A stretch of DNA of 58,639 nucleotides from Octopus bimaculoides (Eukaryota): positions 22,095,662 to 22,154,300 of the forward strand of contig NC_068992.1 in the NCBI RefSeq assembly GCF_001194135.2, given 5' to 3'. The translations under genes were made by a program, and so were the position numbers. Each line of letters begins with the position of its first letter. Positions within the stretch are counted from its first letter, which is position 1. The notes under the pieces were generated by a model that saw only the letters and a program-made list of their open reading frames with translations, was not told where the DNA came from and did not search any database. Of this stretch, positions 47,876-58,639 are shown piece after piece.

Positions 47876-50800
47876 GGATCAGCAAAAGTAACATCAACAA
47901 CAACGACTCAAACAGTAACAACAACAACAACAACAACAACAACAATAGCAGCAACAATTGGCAGACAAGCGAATAATGCAAGATTATTCCTGACAAGGAA
48001 AAATGGAAGCACAGGTGTCAGGAATATGAAAGATGTAGACAATGAAACAAAAGTTAGAGTGACATGTTACATGGCATATAAATACTGCATGCAAGAAAGA
48101 TTGGAAGAAAGGATATTGTTTTATTTAAAGAGAAGCAGATTATAGAATGTTTAGTGTCGAAGAAGAGGTGAAATTCGATGACGGAGAAACCAGAATTAAT
48201 GTAGGAAACGTTGAATGGAAATCGGATAGATGTTAAAAAAGAGAAAGTAGACAAAGAACTCAGCGGAATTTTAAACTTAAGTAGTATAAAGATAACTGTA
48301 TGGAATAAAGGTCTTTAACAACTGAGATTAAAAAAAAAAATGAAAAAGAGCAATGAATGGTTAAGCTGTTGCTAGATTCTTGTAACACGTGTTTCATTTT
48401 TAATATGTTGGAACAAAAAACGAAAAGTAGAGCGAATAACTTAAGCGGGAAGTAGAGAATGACATCAAATTTGTGTAAATAGAATAGAGGAAGTTTACTA
48501 TCTGATGTCTGGAAGTAAAACATTTGCAGGGAATGATTATATGAAACGATCTTACAATACATTAATGGTTTCTATAAGCACCGTTAGCAAATCAAGGATT
48601 GGCCGGAAAAAGATTTTAGTGTGATATAAAACCAGATGGGATAAGAAGAACAGATTGAATAAAATGAGTTGGAAGTTTGACTATTTTATGCATAAATGTG
48701 TCATTGCTTGAAGGGTAGTTATAATAAGAGAAAATACCAACCAAAAATATATTATTTATGAAAATGTTCTTTTACAGTGAAAATATATATGCATGCACAC
48801 AAGAAGAATAAAGTGAGAAACCAAGAAAATGTAGGTCAATAGCTCTTGAAATATTGCGTACAGGACAAGAGGATACAACGTAAAAATTGTACTAATTGTT
48901 ATTGGTTGTTTAGCTGGAGAAATGATGAAATTAAAAGTGAAGTGAGCAAGGTATTTACAGAACATGAAAGCGGTTGTAGAAATATAAATATATCCGTTGA
49001 TACAGAAAACTGTGTTGTATAAAAGTGCAACAATGCCAAGAAGAGTTCTGTCCGGAGTTAGTTACTCTGTTCTAAAGTGCAAAGAAAGACTTGGAACTGA
49101 TATTTTCCGGTCGACTCTAGACTGCAAACAAAAATATTAGTTTCAAATGTTGGCACAAAGCCAGCAATTTCGGGGAAAGAGCTAAGTTGATTACATCGAG
49201 CAAGTGCACAACTGGTACTTAGTTTAGCGGTCCCGAAAGGATGAAAGGCAAAATCGACCTCAGTGGAATTTGAACTCAGAACGTAAAGACAGACGAAATG
49301 CCGTTAAACATTTTGCTCGGCGTGCTAACACTTTTGCCAGCTCGTCGCCTTAGTAGAAATATCGGTTTCTAATTTTGGCACAAGGCCAACAAGTTCGGTG
49401 GGAGGGGTTAGTCGATTGCATCGACTCTAGTGTTCAGCTGGTAATTATTTTATCGACCCCGAAAGAATAAAAAGCAAAGTCGATCTCGGCGGAATTTGAA
49501 CTCAGAACGCAAAGAGGGACAAAATGCAGCTAAGCATTTTGTTCGGCGTGCTAACGATTCTGCTACCCGCCACCTTAACACCTTGTTAGAAATATTAATA
49601 ATAGTATATTCTAACTTTGATATATGGTCATATATTCTGGGAAAAGATCAATCTGCCAATCGCACTTGCTTCCAACCTACCAAAAGTGATAAAAGCAGTT
49701 GAATACATCTTTAACTTTGTAAGCTGAATTCTCTGAATGGTGACAATCAGTACGCTTCCGTAAAGTCGAATCTACTGGAAACATTTACGTCGCTCTCTGG
49801 GGATGTCTTCCTCTTTTGAACTTCTACGAAAATAATGTTGTTCCATTTGACATCAGCAAAGCTTGTTAATTCCATCATCACCTTTCTTATCAGTATCACG
49901 AAAGAGCACCGTACACAACATATCTTTACACTGAAAAATGTAAACACATTATGCATACACTGGAGCGAGTAAAAAAAAAATACTATCAGGAACTACGTGC
50001 AACACATTTGCAACATTCACTGATTAATTAAAATACACGATGGAGACTGTAAAATGACGTAAAAAACCCCAACTTAGAACGCTCACTGCCAAAATAGATG
50101 AACAACAATCCTAGACAGCAAATGATATATTATTCTTATTTTCACGAGGTGTCAGAGTCGTCCGCCCGTCGGTGGAAATAGAATGGAGCACAGAGGTATT
50201 TCTTGCGACCCCTTACGTCCTGCGTTCAAATTCCGTCAGGACCGTCTTTGCTTTTCATCCGTTCGAGGTCGATAAAATAAATACCAGTCAAATACTGAGG
50301 TCAATGTTATCGAGTTAGCCCTCCTTTCAAAACTGCTGGCCTTGTGCTAAAATTAGAAAGAACGACCGTATGTCTCTATGAAACATACGGTGCCGGCTTG
50401 GGCAAAAATACTTTTGTGAAATACCAGCTGTTGCCGATGCTTGTACATTTCTCTTTATTATGCCGCCGATGTCTAAGAAAACGGTAAGAAATGGTACGCT
50501 GGCGTACGTACACTTTGGTCTCTTATATGTAAGTATATATTTATCTAAGTCTCGTACGACTCTATTCTTTCTACCAGCCCTTTCACGCTTATTCGTTCAT
50601 TCCACTCTTCGTTGTTTTGTTCCCCCTCTCTCACATTTCCCCGCCTTCTCTTCTTGCTCACTTTCCGTCCTCTCTTCACTTCACTATATCCCTGTCGTTT
50701 TTTCTCGCCTCTCCTTAATTCTTCTGTCCGTCTACCTATCTCTCTCTCTCTCTTCTCTCCCTACGTGACCGGTGTTCGGCCAAACCTGCCCTTTCTTTCT

Positions 50801-53800
50801 TGATTTAGCCGTCGTCCGTGCAACACCTATATTCCTCCCTGTGCCGGTGGAATCTTATATCCCTTCCGTAAGGCTTCATTTCCACACACGCCAGCTTAAT
50901 TTAATTCGTCCCTAGTAAAAAGATACCTGTTCTTATGTCCTGATATTTGTATTTGTGCAACATTTTCCGTTTTTTTCCGTTCTTGTTTTCGTATACATTC
51001 GCTGCTTTCTTCCAAGGAGTCTAATGCTCTTAGCTTAGTTTTTCCTTGGGGCTGACCAGATTGGAGCAATCTCGAGTATAACCAGCCAAAATTGCAAAGA
51101 TAATCTGGAACTCGACTGAGGAAAGAAAACTCCGAATGACCCGTCCTTGTTTNNNNNNNNNNNNNNNNNNNNNNNNNNNNNNNNNNNNNNNNNNNNNNNN
51201 NNNNNNNNNNNNNNNNNNNNNNNNNNNNNNNNNNNNNNNNNNNNNNNNNNNNNNNNNNNNNNNNNNNNNNNNNNNNNNNNNNNNNNNNNNNNNNNNNNNN
51301 NNNNNNNNNNNNNNNNNNNNNNNNNNNNNNNNNNNNNNNNNNNNNNNNNNNNNNNNNNNNNNNNNNNNNNNNNNNNNNNNNNNNNNNNNNNNNNNNNNNN
51401 NNNNNNNNNNNNNNNNNNNNNNNNNNNNNNNNNNNNNNNNNNNNNNNNNNNNNNNNNNNNNNNNNNNNNNNNNNNNNNNNNNNNNNNNNNNNNNNNNNNN
51501 NNNNNNNNNNNNNNNNNNNNNNNNNNNTATATATATATATATATATTTATATATATTCGACGGGCTACCACAGTTTCCATCAACCATATCCATTCACAAA
51601 GCATTGGCCAGCCCGGAGTTGCAGTGGAAGACATTGCCGAAGCTGCCATGCAGTGGGACTGAACACGAAGCCCTCTCATTACAAAGAGTGCCTCTTAATC
51701 ACACAGTCATTCCGGCACCCTATACGTTCTTCTAAACATTCTGCTTCCATCAATCAAATTCTTTCTCTCACTCTCTCAAATAAAACTTTCTTCTCCATCT
51801 TTTTCTTTCTTGTCTATCAATCCTATCTATCTCTTTGCTTCTCTTTCTTTCTCTTTCATATTTAATCTCTTTCTTCTTTCTCATTTTATTCACACGCTTT
51901 AATTTGTTTTTTTTAAACTTTTTCTACTCGCCCCACTTTTTTTTTTACGAACATACTTTCTTCTCTAGCACTTACAGATATCCCTTTCATATTCTATCTC
52001 TTTCCAGCTCACTCACTCACTCACTCACTCACGTACATAAGTTTGCCTTCTTTCATACCTTAATGGCTCCCCCTTTCTCCTTTCATTTCTCTCTTTCTCT
52101 TCCTCTCTCTGTCACACACACATTTATCTATGTGAATGTATATGTATATATGTATACATACACACATATACACAAACACACACACAGATATTCATATACA
52201 CCTACAGTCAAACACATACGCACATATATGACATTCGTCTTCTCTCTCTAATACACAGTCTCTTACATAAATTCTTTCTCGTTTTATTCTCAAACGCAAA
52301 TACTTTTTTGTTCCTTTTCTTTATCAATTTCTCTGACATTCACTCTTACTCTCCACCTCTTTCCTCTATTCTTTCTATCAATTCACAAATATCCACGGCC
52401 TCACCAATTCACAATCTGACACTTCTTCGCTTTTACATCCTCTCCAGCTTGTCAACATGACGGTTGCTTTCACAAAATAATCTAGTTTTCATTCATACTG
52501 AAACGATGCTTTAACCTTCAGTGTTAAATGTGAACTTTCTGCCTCGACATTCATCATTATACACACTCCTTCACCTTCTCCACGTCTACACCATCGCAAC
52601 TTATTGTCTGCTGCTTATATCTTAATACGTGCTACGTGTAGGAGGCAATATATTTAGCAGGGAGCTTGGTTTCAAACTGATCACATGTGGAGACAAAGTA
52701 ATATATACTTAATGCGGCGGGCTCGCAGAATCGTTAGCACAACGGATAAAATGGCGAATTTTCTACTGGCTCTTTACGCTCTGAGTTCAAATTGCTCTAT
52801 CCATTCGGGGTCGATAAAATATAGTACCAATCAAGTAATCGACTTATCCCCTTCGCTCAAAAGCTGTTGCTCAAAAATTGTCGCTCAAAATTTGCCGCTC
52901 ATAAATTGTTGATCTTGAACACTGCAATGGACAGGTACATTATTCTAGTGGAATGTTGCGCTGTCGGTCACTTAACGCCATGGAAACCGAGTAACCGGGT
53001 TTATGAGTCCCAAGGCTGAAAAAACAAAAAGACAAACTCATATCCACTTATACCCGAACACAGAAAAATATCTATTGTCACACACATACTGTCCTTAGGG
53101 TCTCAGGCGCACGTGCTTCAATTTTTGGCTGATAAGGACCAGAAGTTCTATGAGCGGGAAGTTGCCAGAAAGATGGCAAAAGGTCATCGAACAAAATGGA
53201 AAATATATAATTGATTAAAGTCCATTCTTCGCGTGAAAAAAGATTGACTTTTATTTCATACTAAAAAGCTGAAATTACTTTCTTGCCAACCCTATATATA
53301 TAAGGAAAATAGTATAACGCTCGGGAATTGAGAAAGTCTTTCACGTTTCGAGCCTACGCTCTTCTACTGTTCTGCTATAGGTAGGATCATCAAAAAAGGT
53401 ACTCCATCCAGTGAAAGCTATATATTATTTAAAGTACACACAATAATTAATAAGGCAGGGAGCTGGCAGAATCGTTAGCATCCCGTACCAAATGCAAACG
53501 GCATTTCATCCGTTTTCACGTTCTGAGTTCAAATTTCACCGGGGTTTGCTTTGCTTTTCAATTTAGGGGTCGATCAAATGAATATCTGTTAAGCACTGGG
53601 GTCGATGTAATAGACTTAAGCCCTGCCCCAAACTTGCAGGCCTTGTGCCAAAATTTGAAACTAATATACACAGAATAAAAAGAAACAAAGGGCTACTAGT
53701 AAAAGTTTCATGCCGCCGTAGAAAACACAATAATTCGAGAAATTTATACAACATAAGATGTGTCTCCAAGTGATCCATCAGGTTTGGTACACATGGTTAA

Positions 53801-55914
53801 TCCTAATTCGTTTTAATGGTTGGACTCGAAGTTGATAAAGCTATAAATAAAATGCAAATATTCGGTTGAAAAAATTAGAAGTTGCCCGCATGACTGGAAC
53901 CCTCACGTTCTGAAGAATGAAAGATGTAGTTTCGAGTTTCACGGATAGCCTTCAACTATTTCTATCCAAAGGGGTTTTTTAAATCCAATATTTATACGCT
54001 ATTATTTATAGCTTTATCTACTTCGAGTTCAGTTGATAAAAACGAAATACACACACAGACAAACACACGCATACTATTTTATTCGGTCGTTCTTTTACTT
54101 GTTTCAGTCATTTGGCTGCGGCCATGCTGGAGCACCACGTTGAAAGGATTTTTAATTGAAATAATCGACCCCAGGACTTATTTTTAAGACTAGTACTTAT
54201 TCTATCGGTCTCTTTTGTTGAACCGCTCAGTTACGGGGACGTAAACACACCAACACCGGCCGTCAAGTGATGATGGGGCAAACACAGGCACAAAAGAAGG
54301 CACACACACTTACACACACAAATACGACGAGCTTCTTTCAGTTTCCATCTACCAAATCCACCCACAAAGCTTTAATCGGCCCGAGGCTATAGTAGAAGAC
54401 TTTTGCTGAAAGTGCCACGCGGTGGGACTGAACCCGGAACCATGTGGTTTGGGAAACAAGCTTCTTACCACTTTTCGAATTTGTTAATCTTTTATATTTA
54501 GTTTTAAACGAAAAAGCCCTTTAGTCGACTAATATGTCGAGACCTTGCAAGCCTCGTCAGCTTTATCTTCTTAACGAAAAGATTATGGCGGTTATTTGGT
54601 GTCACGTTTTGTAGTAGGCAGCATGTGATCATAGGAATAATGTTGTAACTGATAAAATCCTCATCGTCGGACTGAAAATTGCTTAAGAGATAACTACTGC
54701 GCCGTGTCTCTGTGTTGTTGTAACTAAAGATTCCATTGCGAATAATTTAGTTCTATGAAGAATTTCATTATAATACATTGTCTGTCTCCTTGTGAAAAGC
54801 GCCCGAAACGTCTATGGCATTTTTTTGCTTTCATTTAAATTTTAAACAAACATCTTATCCATCGTACAGTATTCTTGCTGTATTGTATTTTCACTATTTG
54901 ACGTTACATCACACACACAAACATGTATAAATAAACACACACATAAGCACACACACATGCACACACACACACATACACACATACACAACACACACATGTT
55001 ATATGTATATATGTACTTATAAGTGTGTGTGTGTGTGTATATATATANNNNNNNNNNNNNNNNNNNNNNNNNNNNNNNNNNNNNNNNNNNNNNNNNNNNN
55101 NNNNNNNNNNNNNNNNNNNNNNNNNNNNNNNNNNNNNNNNNNNNNNNNNNNNNNNNNNNNNNNNNNNNNNNNNNNNNNNNNNNNNNNNNNNNNNNNNNNN
55201 NNNNNNNNNNNNNNNNNNNNNNNNNNNNNNNNNNNNNNNNNNNNNNNNNNNNNNNNNNNNNNNNNNNNNNNNNNNNNNNNNNNNNNNNNNNNNNNNNATA
55301 TATTTATATGTACTTATAAGTGTATATATATATATATATATACGTATGTGTATGTATCTATGAATGTATGTATATGAAATGCGCGTGTGTGTTTGTATAT
55401 GTGCGTTTGTGTGTGTGTATATAGATGCGCGCGTGTGTATATAGTTTGCACAATACTTCACTAGTGTTTGTGTGTTTGTTGAAGTTGTTTGGTGTGTGTC
55501 TAAGACAGATAAAGAACGATAGAATTGAAATATGCTAGATAAGGAGATAGTTTCGGGAGATAAGGAGACAAGTAATACGCAAGTGAAAAACTCAATGATT
55601 GAGAGATAGTAGTAGATATACACTGATAAAATATTTCGAAGAGAAATTTTTAAAAAAATCGATGATCGTGCAAACAGCAGACGCAAAAAACATAACGTGA
55701 AAAAGCCAACTAGAAAAATGGCTACAATAATCGTACTTGTTTTCATAATGTCTTTTTGTTGTTGTGGCAACAAATGCAATCACTGCAAAAATTTACGAGC
55801 ATGCGCCTTCATAACGTTGATAACAATATCCAAGTGATAATTTTATATCTGCTCAGGGATAGTAAAAATGTTCTCTTCGTGGTTGTAGATTGTACAAAAT
55901 ATTCGCGTGTACAG

Positions 55915-56063
55915 TGTGGGTTTTTTCGCTTTGACACCGCATGGTTTCGTGTTCAGGCCCACTGCGTGGCAATTTGGGCAAGTGTCTTCAACTGTAGCCC
56001 CGTGGTCGATCAATGCTTTGTGAGTGAATCTGGCATGCGGAAACTGTGTGGAAGCCTGTAATA

Positions 56064-56120
<57 letters not shown>

Positions 56121-56262
56121 CTGTCCGTCTGTCTGTCTGTCCGTCTGTCTGTCCGTCTGTCTGTCTGTCTGTCTGTCCNNNNNNNNNNTCTGTCTGTCCG
56201 TCTATCTGTCCGTCTGTCTGTCCGTCTGTCTGTCCGTCTGTCTGTCTGTCTGTCTGTCCGTC

Positions 56263-56294
<32 letters not shown>

Positions 56295-56610
56295 CGTCCG
56301 TCCGTCCGTCCGTCCGTCCGTCCGTCTGTCTACCTACCTACCTACCTACCTACCTACCTACTTATCAATCGGTCTGTCTGTCTCTCCATACATGTGTGCG
56401 TTTGTGTTTGTGCATGTCTCCCTATCGCTTGACAACCGGTGTTGGTTTGTTTACATCCCCTAAATTTCGCGGTTTCAGTAAAAGAGACCGGTATACTAAG
56501 TACCAGACTTAAAAGCTTGAGTACTAGGGTCAATTTGTTCGATTGATCCCTTCAAGGTGGCGCTGAAGCATGGCCACAGTGGAATGACGGAAACAACTAA
56601 GAGATAACAG
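55915..56610 (+). mobile_element. Composite SINE A-B with a greatly expanded internal (CTGT/CCGT/CCTA)n array
   Basis: Head at 55915-56060, tetranucleotide array at 56060-56390, tail at 56415-56610. Confidence 0.75.
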
Positions 56611-57129
56611 ATATAATCATAATGCGTACCACCTTACAAAAAAAACAGAAAGGTTATATTAGACAACAGATTAACCCTAAATACATCATGCTTATGGAAA
56701 AAATATAAAATACATGTTGGAAACATCTAGAACTCCTTTGAACATAAAACTGGCACTTCGTTGGTTACGACGACGAGGGTTCCAGTTGATCCAATCAACA
56801 GAACAACCTGCTCGGGAAATTAACCTGCAAGTGAATGACTGGTTACTGGATTAGAGGTCAGAGTGCGATGGATCACAGGTCGACTGGATCAGGGTTTACC
56901 TTGGGTTACACAACTCCTATAATTTACTAAACAACGGAAACGCATTGCGGTCAATCGGCCGATTAGAAATAGCAGCTTAATTCTTTTAAATCACTCACTC
57001 TTACGGCGTCTTAGAAAAAAAAAATGAAGGAAAACATTGGTCAACGTAGCTCTTGGTGAGGATGGTCATGCCTCGAACGCCTTAGATCTGTTCATTTACG
57101 GCAGATCTGGGTCTAAGCAGCAACAGCAA

Positions 57130-57275
57130 CAACCATAACAACTACCAGCACCACCAATACCAATACCAGCCTCTCCTCCTCCTCCTCCTCCTACCACCAA
57201 AACCACAACCACCTCTACTACTACTGCAACTACTGCCACGACGACGACGACGACCACCACCACCACCACCGCGAA

Positions 57276-57328
<53 letters not shown>

Positions 57329-57716
57329 GAAATCTGTCTCAAAGTGACAAACATGGCTATTAAAGTCATGTTCAAGATTACGTAATTGTCTGCAGGTGAA
57401 TGTATTGCATGCATGTAGGTATGTATGTATGTGTGTTTGTGTGTATGCGTGTGGGATGTGTGTGGAAAAACTGTGACGGGCTGAGCTGTTCAAATAATTT
57501 GCTATGGGCTGAGATAAACAAATACAAAAAAAAAGCAAAAAAAAAACAAATAACAACAACAACCGCAAAAAAACAAAATCAAGCTTAACAAACGATAAAA
57601 ACAAAAAAAAAAATATACGAAAAAGCCATGAATTTAGAGTCACGATTTGTGTTATGCGAGCAATTCTTTATACCTCGTTCCATTTTTGTATACTTCTTGA
57701 TGTATACCTATGCACT

Positions 57717-57753
<37 letters not shown>

Positions 57754-57919
57754 TTATTAGTGTGTGTACGTGTGTGTATGCATGTATATATATATATATA
57801 TGTATTTATTAATGTGTATGTATGTGTATATATATATATATATATATATAGTTAATATATGTTTATATATATATCTATACGTGTGTGTATATATATGTAG
57901 GTCTGTGTGTTTATGCATG

Positions 57920-57951
<32 letters not shown>

Positions 57952-58254
57952 CATATATATATATGTATTTATATACATGTATAGATGTTTGGGTACATAC
58001 ACATATATACTTTATATATATATATATATAAATATACATATATATGTGTGCGTGTATATGTATATATATATATACATTTATATATATATATATATATTTA
58101 TTTATGTACACCAATAAACACATACATATCCCTCAACATATATACCCACACACTCTCTCCCTTATACACACACACACACACACACAAACACACACGTGTG
58201 TGTGTACGAGTATGTATAGGTATGAATGGATGTATGTGCTTAAGTGTGTATGGT

Positions 58255-58321
<67 letters not shown>

Positions 58322-58449
58322 TAGTATTTATGTGCTGTATCCTTTATGCCATCAGGCATTCAGGAATTATTTATCCGTCTACTTGTGTCTGTGATGCTAA
58401 GACATTCGTGGGTGGCAGAGGAGAGAGACAGAGATAAAGATAAAGAGAG

Positions 58450-58480
<31 letters not shown>

Positions 58481-58639
58481 TAGAGAGAGAGAGAGAAAGA
58501 GAGGGAGGGAGTGATAGAGGGAGAGAGAAAGAGTAGATTATACTGGTCTTAAAATTTTTATTACATGTACATGCGTATATATGTCCTACCAATCATGCTC
58601 GTACATATATAAATGAGTGTGTGTGTGTGTGTGTGTGTG
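57130..58639. repeat. Microsatellite field: (CCT)n, (ACG)n, (ACT)n, (TA)n, (TG)n, (GATA)n, (GA)n
   Basis: Seen directly; explains the low-complexity ORFs listed in this region. Confidence 0.95.

Noticed and set aside
49700-49930. Selenoprotein-like frame (…KLC-TGA-CQMEQ…) and ORF 49747-49956
   Set aside because: No recognisable selenoprotein family, no SECIS identified, no consistent splice pair; short ORFs are expected by chance.
53335-53375. Hammerhead remnant GAAGAGCGTAGGCTCGAAACGT (minus strand); also CTGATGAAGG at about 30752
   Set aside because: The first lacks the CUGA half of the core and the second has no downstream GAAA; at most fossil PLE-type termini.
978-58437. Long ORFs containing X runs or (YI/CV/HT/LS)n peptides
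   Set aside because: Artefacts of N gaps and microsatellites.

Overview
AT-rich, microsatellite- and gap-rich eukaryotic genomic DNA from a short-read scaffold. The SINE/LINE repertoire points to an octopus or other coleoid cephalopod, but this is inference. The one well-supported gene is a minus-strand SCO1-type mitochondrial copper chaperone. Five coding exons (16177-16267, 13500-13697, 11095-11187, 9585-9700, 8077-8211) splice in frame with GT-AG junctions and carry CPDIC and the conserved His; a sixth, upstream exon candidate ends at 20780. A possible exon of an unidentified plus-strand gene lies at 2817-2986. The rest is mostly transposon debris: RTE and CR1/L2-group LINE fragments, a Penelope-like RT/GIY-YIG fragment, two Tc1/mariner relics, MITEs and several modular tRNA-derived SINE families. 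The most notable observations are RNA-structural. A 144-bp-arm hairpin carrying two mirror-image minimal hammerhead-ribozyme motifs sits in the last SCO intron, nested inside an inverted SINE pair, and an apparently intact minimal hammerhead lies at 37179-37229. No CRISPR array, rRNA or true tRNA gene is supported. Nothing here proves a new system; the hammerhead/dsRNA arrangement is the best lead.
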